DNA of 64,000 nt from an uncultured delta proteobacterium. GTDB taxonomy: Bacteria > Myxococcota_A > Polyangia > Polyangiales > Houyiibacteriaceae. The notes beneath the pieces were generated by a model, which saw only the letters and a list, made by a program, of their open reading frames with translations, was not told the DNA's origin and made no database searches. The translations under genes were made by a program, and so were the position numbers. The stretch lies in NCBI GenBank assembly GCA_963712235.1, contig CAVQHC010000017.1, positions 142,348 to 206,347 of the forward strand, read 5' to 3'. Positions 38,001-46,513 of this stretch are shown here, in pieces (position 1 is the stretch's first letter; each line of letters opens with the position of its first letter).

Positions 38001-40590
38001 GAAGATTCACTTCTTCGCCACGCACGTCGCCGGCGAGCAGCTGCCCGATGCGATTTCCGAGCTGAAGCGTCACGTCGAAGCTGCTCCAGAAGCCGACGAC
38101 GTCGTCGTAGATTTCTATGTGTTGCATCGCGACCAGCTCGAGAGCCCAGACAAGACGTCAGAGGGGCTTACGCGCCTGCTCGGAACGTTCGAGCCCGCAA
38201 GACCGATCCGTCGCGTCATCGTCTCCGTAACTGGAAGTGAAACCGGGCTCGGAGCAAACGAGTTGCAGGCGTTCACGTTTCGAATGGGTGAAGATGGCTT
38301 TCGCGAGGAGCTGATTTACCGCGGCATGCACTCTATGCTGAGCAAACGTCTGCTCTTGTGGCGCCTAAAAGACCTGAGCACAGAGCGAGTCGATTCGGCA
38401 GAAGACGTGAATCTCTATCGTGTGACCGGAAAGGACGAGCGTCTGATTTGCCTCGCCGAGGTGCGCGATCTGACGCCGGTCCGTGACGCCTCGGGCCGCG
38501 TAGTCGCCCTCCCCAACCTCGAGCGAACGCTTTCGAAGTGCCTAATTGCCATTCGACGCGAGCAGAGCACGAGAACCTCGGGAAGGCGCTTTCAATGGAA
38601 CCGAGTTCACCTCTTCCTCTGGCCGCCGCTGGACCTGAGCCAAGAAGAGATCAACGGCATCATTCACAAGCTCGCACCGGAGACGACCGGACTTGGACTC
38701 GAGCGAATCGTCGTCCAGGGGACCATTCGCAACCCAGCAAGCGGCAAGCTCGAGGAGAAGCTGCTCGACGTGTCGAATCGTGGCCGCCAGGGACTCAGCG
38801 TCCGGCTTCGCGACCTTCCAACCCATCCGATGCGGCCCCGCAGCGCGTACGAGCAAAACGTCGTCCGGTTGAGCCAGCGGGGTTTGATGCACCCGTACGA
38901 GATCATCTCCATGCTCACGCCTGGAGAGGACAGTGACGTTCAGTCGGATTTCCCGCATGGCGAGTTTCGCGAGCTCGACCTCGACGAGGCCAATCAGCTC
39001 GTCCCCGTGGAAAGGCCCCCTGGAAACAACAGCGCCAACATCATCGTCGGCCTGCTAACCAGCTTCACCGACAAGTATCCCGAAGGAATGACGCGCGTTG
39101 CGCTCTTGGGAGACCCGAGTCGAGGCATGGGCGCTCTCGCCGAACCCGAGTGCCGCCGCATCATTGCCGGCCTCGACCTCGCCGAGCAGATGCGGGTACC
39201 CTTGGAATGGTACGCAGTCTCCGCGGGCGCCAAGATTTCCATGGAAAGCGGTACGGAGAACATGGACTGGATCTCGGCGGTCTTGCGACGACTGATCGAG
39301 TTCACGCAGGCAGGGTCCGAGGTGAACGTCCTGGTCTGCGGCATCAACGTTGGCGCCCAGCCGTACTGGAACGCCGAGGCCACGATGCTCATGCACACCA
39401 AGGGCATCCTCATCATGTGCCCGGGCAGTGCGATGGTGCTCACCGGCAAGCAGGCGCTCGACTACTCGGGGGGCGTATCGGCCGAAGACAACACCGGAAT
39501 CGGCGGATACGATCGAATCATGGGGCCCAATGGTCAGGCGCAATACGCTGCGCGCGACCTCGCGGACGGCTGCCACATTCTTCTTCGTCACTACGACCAC
39601 AGCTACGTCATGCCCGGCGAACGTTTTCCGCGGCGCGCCGCGACGAAGGATGCAATCGACCGGGACGTTTGCGATTCGCCGCACGGCCATATCGGTGCTT
39701 CGACCTTTGCGACCGTGGGCGAGGTCTTCAATCCAATGACCAATCCAGGCCGAAAACGCCCCTTCGACATTCGCAAGGTAATGCGTGCCGCGACGGACCA
39801 GGACCACGACGTGCTCGAGCGATGGTATGGGATGCGCGACGCGGAGACCGCCGTGGTCTGGGACGCTCACATCGGCGGGTTTCCAGTCTGTCTGATTGGA
39901 CTCGAATCACAGCCCTTGTCCCGCCTCGGCTTCGTCCCGGCGGATGGGCCCGCAGTTTGGACGGCGGGAACCTTGTTCCCGATGTCTTCGAAGAAGGTGG
40001 CCCGAGCAATCAACGCAGCAAGCAACAACCGGCCCGTGGTCGTACTGGCGAACTTGTCCGGCTTTGACGGCTCTCCAGAGTCGTTGAGGCAGCTTCAGCT
40101 CGAGTACGGGGCCGAGATTGGCCGCGCCGTGGTCAACTTCAAGGGGCCGATGGTGTTCTTGGTGATCTCACGATACCACGGTGGGGCCTTCGTTGTGTTC
40201 TCCACCAAGTTGAATCCGTCGTTGGAAGTGTCGGCGCTCGAGCATACCTATGCCTCGGTCATCGGCGGCGCGCCGGCAGCGGCGGTGGTGTTTGCCGGTT
40301 CCGTGCGCAAGCGAACCCTCTCGGACGAGCGGATCATGGCGCTGCAGCAGGAGCTCGATCGGGCTGTCGGTGCCGAACGCGTGGCGCTCCGGGATCGCCT
40401 CGGCAAAATGGAGAAGGTCGTGCACTCGGAGAAGCTGCGCGAGGTGGCCGAGGAATTCGACAGCGTCCACAGTGTGCATCGAGCGCAAGAGGTCGGCTCC
40501 GTCCACCGAATCATTCCTGCCAGCACTCTGCGGCCGTACTTGGTGGACGCGATCGAGCGCGGGATTCAACGCGAGCAGTCTCAGGGATGA
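35029..40590 (+). CDS. single-polypeptide biotin-dependent acyl-CoA carboxylase (BC - BCCP - central region - CT), 1853 aa
   Basis: The N-terminal biotin carboxylase/ATP-grasp domain reads FTRIAIVNRGEPAMRFI...GYPLMIKATAGGGGRGIR...MEVNARLQVEHPV. The biotinyl motif is VVLEAMKMEMV (Lys codon 36913). The C-terminal carboxyltransferase reads ...GMGALAEPECRRI...VCGINVGAQPYWNAEATM...GFDGSPESLRQLQLEYGAEI... Confidence 0.9.
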   Translation: MGNMTFTRIAIVNRGEPAMRFIIAAREYTQEHREALHTIALYTDPDRRAMFVREADEAYALGPATFVTKDGHRKSSYLDYDRLERALIETRAEAVWPGWGFVAEHPRFADLCERLGLVFIGPTGDMMRKLGDKIASKQLAEKAEVPVAPWSGGEVATLDDARTHAARLGYPLMIKATAGGGGRGIRRVQSESELADAFQSARSEAEKSFGDPAVFLERMVTGARHVEVQIIADDEGTTWALGVRDCTVQRRNQKILEETPSPALSEEQQTELEQAAIRLTQAIGYRNAGTVEFLYHQPTRQFSFMEVNARLQVEHPVSEIVTGADLVKLQIHVARGGRLDAVPPVKRGYAIEARLNAEDPEDNFAPSPGLVEQLRLASGPGLRVDTGIAEGDRIPSEFDSMIAKIIAHGRTREEALARLRRALLESEVVIRGGASNKGFLLGLVDNPAVRSGEVDVGWVDRLVAEGRHLPREGAELALLQAAIETYDAELDVERAQFYTAAARGRPQVEDTHGQAMELTHAGHTYELTVFRLGPDRYRIDVDAQRIEVVVERFEGAERRLRIGNRHARIQSVDQGLSVLVEVDGVPHRISRDRGGLVRAPSPAVVVNVLVSEGQDVAVGDGLVVLEAMKMEMVIGAKFAGKVREVMVMNNVQIAIGAPMLLIEPSGGEAASASDERLSFSTLSVEQDQDYSVYRHNLIELKRLIMGFDADRVELSREIEDGNIVTASVAPDDSGRLALEDQILNVFVDLCSLFRRQSRYEDGSEDFGKHTAEEYLFTFLRDLVVRREEELPASFVSKLRRAIGHFGLAEIQRNAELQGVLFRICKGNKRIDEQVAPVLSLLQGRLDNIGTLREAVGDDFRELLSRMIIETQDRYPAIHDLARELQYHYFERPIQERVEKETLAKVDRILAQLVADPQGPDRAARIAELVAVPQPLKGFMSRRLEQASHDERLIMLETLARRYYKMCDLRDFELLSDGGIDISKCWYEYEGKKIHFFATHVAGEQLPDAISELKRHVEAAPEADDVVVDFYVLHRDQLESPDKTSEGLTRLLGTFEPARPIRRVIVSVTGSETGLGANELQAFTFRMGEDGFREELIYRGMHSMLSKRLLLWRLKDLSTERVDSAEDVNLYRVTGKDERLICLAEVRDLTPVRDASGRVVALPNLERTLSKCLIAIRREQSTRTSGRRFQWNRVHLFLWPPLDLSQEEINGIIHKLAPETTGLGLERIVVQGTIRNPASGKLEEKLLDVSNRGRQGLSVRLRDLPTHPMRPRSAYEQNVVRLSQRGLMHPYEIISMLTPGEDSDVQSDFPHGEFRELDLDEANQLVPVERPPGNNSANIIVGLLTSFTDKYPEGMTRVALLGDPSRGMGALAEPECRRIIAGLDLAEQMRVPLEWYAVSAGAKISMESGTENMDWISAVLRRLIEFTQAGSEVNVLVCGINVGAQPYWNAEATMLMHTKGILIMCPGSAMVLTGKQALDYSGGVSAEDNTGIGGYDRIMGPNGQAQYAARDLADGCHILLRHYDHSYVMPGERFPRRAATKDAIDRDVCDSPHGHIGASTFATVGEVFNPMTNPGRKRPFDIRKVMRAATDQDHDVLERWYGMRDAETAVVWDAHIGGFPVCLIGLESQPLSRLGFVPADGPAVWTAGTLFPMSSKKVARAINAASNNRPVVVLANLSGFDGSPESLRQLQLEYGAEIGRAVVNFKGPMVFLVISRYHGGAFVVFSTKLNPSLEVSALEHTYASVIGGAPAAAVVFAGSVRKRTLSDERIMALQQELDRAVGAERVALRDRLGKMEKVVHSEKLREVAEEFDSVHSVHRAQEVGSVHRIIPASTLRPYLVDAIERGIQREQSQG

Positions 40591-41255
40591 CGATACGCTG
40601 GAGGCTCCTTGCTGCATCCGAGCTGCCACAAGGGGACGGCTGGCTCATAGCAGAAGAGCGGAAGGTCCTAGCGGGACTCCGGTTTCAAAAGAGGCGCGCT
40701 GACTGGCGACTCGGACGGTTGGTAGCGAAGCGTACCGTGTCTTCAGTCGTCGGGGTCGATGACCTAAATCGGATTCACATCCTCGCGGCAAAAGACGGCG
40801 CCCCCGAAGCGTGGATCGACGGACAAAGGCTCGACTCGGAAATCTCGATCAGCCATCGCAACGGGCTGGCCGCGTGCGCGATTGCGCCGGGCGCTGGCGT
40901 CGGCTGCGACCTGGAGGCCGTCGAGCCGCGGAGCTCACGCTTCGTGAATGACTTCTTCACCGAGCGCGAACGCAGGGTGGTTGGGACGACGGCCGAGGCT
41001 CATCGAGATCGTGTCGTTGCCTTGACCTGGAGCGCCAAGGAAAGCGCACTGAAGGTTTTGCGGGTGGGTCTGCGGCGGGACACGCGTAGCGTCGAAGTGG
41101 TACTCGACCATGTCGAAGCGGCTGAAGCCGGCTGGCATCCATTGCGCGCCGCTGTCAGGCCAGAGGGCCAAAACTTTCGAGGTTGGTGGCGCCAAGAAGC
41201 CGGGATCGTGTTGACGATCATGAGCGACGAGGAAACCCAATCCATCGCCAACTAG
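40587..41255 (+). CDS. Sfp-type 4'-phosphopantetheinyl transferase
   Basis: Contains ISISHRNGLAACA, GVGCDLE and WSAKESALKVL motifs. The start overlaps the carboxylase stop (ATGA at 40587-40590). Confidence 0.85.
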   Translation: MTIRWRLLAASELPQGDGWLIAEERKVLAGLRFQKRRADWRLGRLVAKRTVSSVVGVDDLNRIHILAAKDGAPEAWIDGQRLDSEISISHRNGLAACAIAPGAGVGCDLEAVEPRSSRFVNDFFTERERRVVGTTAEAHRDRVVALTWSAKESALKVLRVGLRRDTRSVEVVLDHVEAAEAGWHPLRAAVRPEGQNFRGWWRQEAGIVLTIMSDEETQSIAN

Positions 41256-41260
41256 CCGAA

Positions 41261-41536
41261 TCAGGACTTGCTGAACCAGCCGCGCAGTCGGCTCAAAATG
41301 CCGCCCTTTTCTTTCGCGATCTGTTTTTGAATCTTCCCGAGCGTCCTCGATGAGGTTTCGAGCGGATCAAAGCTCGAAGCGAGCGCAGCAATCGAATCTT
41401 GAAAGTCTTTGACGACTTGGGCGAGGCTGGGGTCGGCCGCGAGGAGCGCTTCGAGCTCTTTTTCGTCTTCCTCTGAGGCCGCACCGGCCGCATGGAGCGC
41501 CGCTAGGAGCTCCGCTCGTTCTCGCTCTTCGTTCAT
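41261..41536 (-). CDS. small soluble anti-sigma-factor-like protein (RskA N-terminal-like, no TM segment)
   Basis: ELLAALHAAGAASEEDEKELEALLAADPSLAQVVKDFQDSIAALA resembles anti-sigma N-terminal domains. The start overlaps the ECF sigma stop by 4 nt. Confidence 0.45.
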   Translation of the reverse strand: MNEERERAELLAALHAAGAASEEDEKELEALLAADPSLAQVVKDFQDSIAALASSFDPLETSSRTLGKIQKQIAKEKGGILSRLRGWFSKS

Positions 41537-42120
41537 GTCTTCATCGCCCTGTGAATGATGGGGAGAGTGGTGCGCAGCGAGCGCATGCCCGCGAGGATTC
41601 GAGACTTGACCGTGCCGACGGGTAACTTGAGCGTGTCGGCGATCTGGCCGTGCGACATCCCTTGGAAATACGAGAGCTCGAGCACGGCCCGCTGCTCTGC
41701 ATCGAGGCGCTGAAACGCTTGCCTGAGGGCCTGGTGCCAGCGCGTCGATGAGGCCATCACATCGGGACGTTTTCGCTCGGTCATCAGAGCATCCCCTTCC
41801 TGGTACTCGAATTGCCGATCGCCATGGCGGCGCTTGCGCGCGCGAAGTGAATCCAGGGCACGGCTTCGGGCGACGGTGACAACCCAGGCGATGACGCTGC
41901 CTCTAGAGCTGTCGAATTGAGAGGCGCGCCGCCAGAGCTCCACGAACACGTCCTGTAGGAGCTCCTCTGCCTCCGCAGGAGAACCAAGCATCTTCGTCAG
42001 GAGTGCAAGAACGGTGCTCGCATACTGCTCGTAGAACGCGCTCAAGGCTCGATCCGAATCGCCCGCCGCCATCGCCGCGACGAGCTCCTCCGGGTCTTGG
42101 GGACGTGCTTCGGTCATCAT
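41533..42120 (-). CDS. ECF-type RNA polymerase sigma-70 factor
   Basis: Region 2 reads LLQDVFVELWRRASQFDSSRGSVIAWVVTVARSRALDSLR. Region 4 reads LSYFQGMSHGQIADTLKLPVGTVKSRILAGMRSLR. Confidence 0.9.
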   Translation of the reverse strand: MMTEARPQDPEELVAAMAAGDSDRALSAFYEQYASTVLALLTKMLGSPAEAEELLQDVFVELWRRASQFDSSRGSVIAWVVTVARSRALDSLRARKRRHGDRQFEYQEGDALMTERKRPDVMASSTRWHQALRQAFQRLDAEQRAVLELSYFQGMSHGQIADTLKLPVGTVKSRILAGMRSLRTTLPIIHRAMKT

Positions 42121-43877
42121 GGATCTGTAAAGGCCGGCTTGGCGTGAATGGTCCCGAGATTGCCAAATTCCGAGTCGAGCTCTCTGTGTACCTTAATCTC
42201 TTCGCCAAAGGTCTCCCACCATTGCGCAGCCTGCTGCTGCGACCATGGCGCGATTGGCAAGGCTTGAAGCCGCTCGGCGATTTCGACGCAGGAAGCGGGT
42301 CGCTCGCCGGGCTTCTTTTCCAAGCACTGAATGATGAGCTGTTCGAGATCCTCATTCAGAACGCGGTCCGCCCTCGATGAAGGCGGCTCGGGGGCCGTGC
42401 TGACGTGCTGCGCACAGATCTCGATCGCATTCGTCCCTTCGAATACGAAACAGCCGCTGAGCAGGAAGTAGCCCACCGCGCCCAGGGAGTAGACGTCCGA
42501 GCGCGCGTCGACCGCCGGCGGGTCGAGGATCTGCTCTGGGCTCATGAAACGCGGGGTACCGATGATCGCTTCGGTCCAGGTTCTGGTGGCATCGAGATTG
42601 GAGTCGACGTTCTTTACCAGGCCGAAGTCCAAGACTTTCGTCACGTCGTGCGCGCCTCCCTGTTGGGTCAGCATGATGTTGTTCGGCTTGATATCCCTAT
42701 GAACGAGACCCATCGAATGCGCCTCGTGGAGCGCCATGGCGCATTGAGCCAGAATGTGAATCACCCGCGACTCCGGCATGGGACCCTCGTTTCGTACGAT
42801 CTCCACCAGGGTCACCCCATCGAGGAGCTCCATCGCATAATAGAATGCCCCTTCGTCGGTTCGTCCGTAGTCGTAGATCGTCACCGTATTCGGGTGCTTC
42901 AGCTTCGCAGTCATCTGCACTTCACGTCGAAACCGATCGAGGTCTTCAGGAGCGTTTAGCTCCGGGCTCAGGACTTTGATGGCGGTCGGTCGCTTGAGGA
43001 GGCCATGCTGTGCGCGGTACACCGTACCCATCCCTCCCTCGCCTAGCTTCTTTTCGATGAAATACTGGCCGAGCTTCTTGGCGTCGCGCGCGTCTTTGCG
43101 AAGTCCGTAGATGACGCGCGTTGCCCACGCCGCGAGAAGGGTCGTAAGCGCCCAGGCGAATCCGATCTGAATCGACTGACTGCGCGCTAGGGTGCTCGTG
43201 TCTTCGATCTTTCGGAAGAACCCGTGACTGTTCCAGACTTCAATGTCGACGGTGAGGAAGTTCAAGTAGACCGCGATGACGAGAGGGATCCCGATTGCCA
43301 AGCCGAGCCAGGCGGTATGGCTCGCAGTGCTGGGAACGAAGATCGCACGCGCGATGAGTCCGAAAGACAAGGCGTACGCCGTCGTCGTCGCAGCACCCGC
43401 GGCTGCTGGGAGATAGCCGCCCATCACGACAAGACCCACGCTCGTCAATACCAATCCAATGCCTTCGACGAGTTGGATGGTTCGTGTTTCGAGCTGGCGC
43501 GAACGACAGATGAGCCAGACGCATGCAACGGGAAGCCAGGCTGCCGCGTGTGCCCAGAACGAGGGATGCCCGAGCTCGCCCAATAGATACCCGAACGCCA
43601 GGCCTAGAATGACCCGGCTGAGCAGGGACAGGAGGAGGATCACCGCGACGGCAAAGCCAAACGCGGCAACGCGCTGCTGCAAGAACTCCGGGCTATCGGT
43701 GCTTTGGCCTACTCCGGTAGTCACGCAACCTCGGCCGCATATTGCGTCGAGCAAGCGATTTCGCCAAGAGATTATCGAGCCGGCGCGGTCAGTTGCAGTC
43801 GCCCGGGCCGTCTTCCCGGCCGCCGATGTCCGGGCTGCTCCCATTGAAGTCGCCGGCGGCATCGCCGTTGAGGTCAT
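42117..43877 (-). CDS. Ser/Thr protein kinase with polytopic N-terminal membrane domain
   Basis: About six hydrophobic helices by eye, then a Hanks kinase domain (LGEGGMGTVYRA, AIKVL, HRDIKPNNIML, DFGL, GTPRFMSPE). The ORF-track start at 43877 overlaps the upstream gene. An internal start (TTG 43754 or GTG 43724) is likely. Confidence 0.85.
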   Translation of the reverse strand: MTSTAMPPATSMGAARTSAAGKTARATATDRAGSIISWRNRLLDAICGRGCVTTGVGQSTDSPEFLQQRVAAFGFAVAVILLLSLLSRVILGLAFGYLLGELGHPSFWAHAAAWLPVACVWLICRSRQLETRTIQLVEGIGLVLTSVGLVVMGGYLPAAAGAATTTAYALSFGLIARAIFVPSTASHTAWLGLAIGIPLVIAVYLNFLTVDIEVWNSHGFFRKIEDTSTLARSQSIQIGFAWALTTLLAAWATRVIYGLRKDARDAKKLGQYFIEKKLGEGGMGTVYRAQHGLLKRPTAIKVLSPELNAPEDLDRFRREVQMTAKLKHPNTVTIYDYGRTDEGAFYYAMELLDGVTLVEIVRNEGPMPESRVIHILAQCAMALHEAHSMGLVHRDIKPNNIMLTQQGGAHDVTKVLDFGLVKNVDSNLDATRTWTEAIIGTPRFMSPEQILDPPAVDARSDVYSLGAVGYFLLSGCFVFEGTNAIEICAQHVSTAPEPPSSRADRVLNEDLEQLIIQCLEKKPGERPASCVEIAERLQALPIAPWSQQQAAQWWETFGEEIKVHRELDSEFGNLGTIHAKPAFTDP

Positions 43878-46513
43878 AGGAGACCAGATCGTCGCCGCCG
43901 TCGATCAGCGTAGACGCGCCGAGGCAGTAGAGGTCCGGATCCCCGGGCGTGGCGCTGGTGTAGAGCGGGTCGACGCTGTACTCCCAGAACGATCCGGGAG
44001 GGAGACAGGCGCAGGCAAGGCACTCGTCACCACCGCAGGAGCCGCCGCTGTTGTTGAAGTCGTTGTTGCCGTAGGACGTGGAGGGTGACAAGGGCGCACG
44101 ACACGACGAGCTGGTGTCGAACGTGACGACCTTGTCGCCGTTGCAGACCGAAATCCGCGTTACCGGTGACGTTGTTGTTGCGGAGGCAAACCTCGAAAGA
44201 GTCGTCCCCGTAGAACTTGAGGCCGGAGCCGCCGTTGTCGGCGATCGTGTTGTGATCGACCATGAGCCCTGTAACCTTGCGGATTTGCACTCCGTCCATC
44301 GCGTTGAGCCCCACCGTGTTGCCGGCGACGACCGAGCCGAGTCGAATCCTTGATGATGATGGCCGCGACTTCGTCGGTTGGCGACATTCATCCCACCGGT
44401 AATGACGTTGTCCAGAATCTGAGCGCTGTCCCCGCCATCGACGTAAGATCCCGCGGCGCTCGAACCCTTCGAACACGCAGTTCCGCACGGTGTTGTTGTC
44501 GCCCTGTGATCAGCGCGATGTCCTCGGCGTTCAACACGTTCACCACGTGCACGCCGTCGATCACATTGTTGTCCCCGCTGACTTCGAAGACCAAGCGATC
44601 GCCACCGGAGTTCGACCGTCAGAGTCGCGCCCGCGAGCTGCCGAATGGTCAGCGCCCGCATCGTCATCGAGCTTGGGTGCGCCAGTGGTCATGGTGAAGT
44701 CACCTAGAACGATGTAGTCGTCGCCCTGCTGTACTGTTGGCTGAGTCGAGCGCCGTCTCGTACGACGCTTCGCTGGTCGCCACGAGACACCGAGACCCAC
44801 CGCTGTTCGGGTTGGTTCCGCAGAAGGTCTCGAAGCAGTCGACTTGGGGGTCACCATCGGAATTCGTCGTGCAATCGAGATCGCAAGTCGGAACCGCATC
44901 GTCACAATCGCTATCGGTGCAGTAGCCGTCTGCATCAACATCGGTACAGACGGCTGCGCAGAGCGGCTTGTCGTCATCGCAATCGCCCAGCGCGCAGGTT
45001 CCGTCCCCGTCGGCGTCCAGGCCGTCATTGCAGGGATCGAACACGGTGACGGCGCAGTCGTCGCAGCTGTCGCCATCCGTATCCGCGCAGACCGAGCCGT
45101 CCCCGTCGTTCGAGTCGGTCGTCGTGTCGACGCAGCCCACGTTGCCCCCGGTTGCCGTCGCCCAGACCATCGCCGTCGGCGTCGACGCAATCATCACCGC
45201 TGTCGCAAATACCGTCCGCGTCGCTGTCTACACCGTCGTCCAGCGGATCGAAGGAGCCCGCGCTGCAGTCATCGCAGCCGTCGCCATCGGTGTCGGCGCA
45301 GATGGTGGCTACGCCGACGTTCGAATCGGTCGTCGCGCTGGCACAGCCCACGTTGCCCCCGGTGCCATCACCCAGGCCATCGCCATCCGTATCGACGCAG
45401 ACGTCGCCGGCGTCGCAAATGCCGTCGCTGTCGGTGTCCGTGCCATCGTCCAGCGGATCGAAAGATCCACTGCTGCAGTCGTCGCAGCTATCGCCATCGG
45501 TATCGGCGCAGACCGCTCCGTCCCCGTCGTTGGAATCCGTCGTGGTGTCGACGCAGCCTGCATTGCCCCCGGTGCCATCACCCAGGCCATCGTCGTCCGA
45601 ATCGACGCAGACGTCGCCGGCGTCGCAAATGCCGTCGCTGTCGGTGTCCGTGCCGTCGTCCAGCGGATCGAAAGGTCCACTGCTGCAGTCGTCGCAGCTA
45701 TCGCCATCGGTATCGGCACAGACCGCTCCGTCCCCGTCGTTGGAATCTGTCGTGGTGTCGACGCAGCCTGCGTTGCCCAGCGTGCCATTTCCCAGTCCGT
45801 CGCCATCGCCATCGACGCAGACGTCGCCGGCATCGCAAATGCCGTCCGCGTCGCTGTCTACGCCGTCGTCCAGCGGGTCAAAAGACCCACTGCTGCAGTC
45901 GTCACAGCTATCGCCATCGGTGTCGGCACAGACCATGCCGTCGTCATCATTCGAGTCGGTCGTCGCATTGACGACAGCCCGTATTGCCCAAGGTGCCGTC
46001 GCCCAGGCCGTCGGAGTCGAGGTCTACGCAATCGCCATTTCCACCGGAACACTCGCCGGTTTCGATCGAACACTGTTGGTTCGCAAAGCAACCTTCGCCG
46101 GAGAACGCGCCGAGCTCGACGAAGTAGCTATCGAGAGGCGCGGCGTCGATGCTCACATCGTCACAGCCTGCGCCGACCACTGCACAGTTGGAATCCTGGG
46201 CAACGGCGTAAAGCCCGTATTGGCCGGGTTCGGGGATGCCGATCGCTGGCCCTGCACTTCCATCGCGGAGAACGAACATGCTGTCGAGGGCGTCGCCGGG
46301 GCGGTCTCCCATCACGACCGAATCGCAGGAACCCAGCAGGTACACCTCGACGCGAACGGCTTCGTCGCGAGCTGCCCGGGGCACTCCGGGTGCGAAGGTC
46401 ACGTCCACACTGAGCCCCTCTGAGCCCGCTTCGCCGCCGCAGCCCGCTGTGACCAACGCCAGCAGGCCGATCGTAGCGGCTGCGATGCGTAAGTTATGGA
46501 AGGACGTATTCAC
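43789..46513 (-). pseudogene. lipoprotein with thrombospondin-type-3-like Ca-binding repeats and a C-terminal parallel beta-helix region, broken by about nine frame changes
   Basis: The signal plus lipobox is LALVTAGCGG. 70-aa repeats read DTDGDSCDDCSSGSFDPLDDGTDTDSDGICDAGDVCVD.DGDGLGDGT.GN.GC. Beta-helix segments (NTVGLNAMDGVQIRKVTGLMVDHNTIADNGGSGLKFY; VFEVSGDNNVIDGVHVVNVLN; SYVDGGDSAQILDNVITGG) are scattered over all three minus frames. These are ORFs 45947..46513, 45025..45936, 44700..45197, 44561.., 44388..44594, 44027..44488 and 43789..44667. Confidence 0.6.
44975..46020. repeat. 210-bp tandem coding repeats (about 5 units) of the TSP3-like protein
   Basis: The unit start GACGCAGACGTCGCCGG recurs at 45394, 45604 and 45814, an exact 210-nt period. 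More diverged units flank these. Confidence 0.85.

Noticed and set aside
44844-46423. Plus-strand ORFs 44844..45971, 44968..46413 and 45152..46423 (375-481 aa).
   Set aside because: They are antisense translations of the TSP3-repeat gene, giving periodic Arg/His/Cys or Ser/Pro repeats. The minus strand gives recognisable Ca-binding repeat chemistry and a lipoprotein signal.
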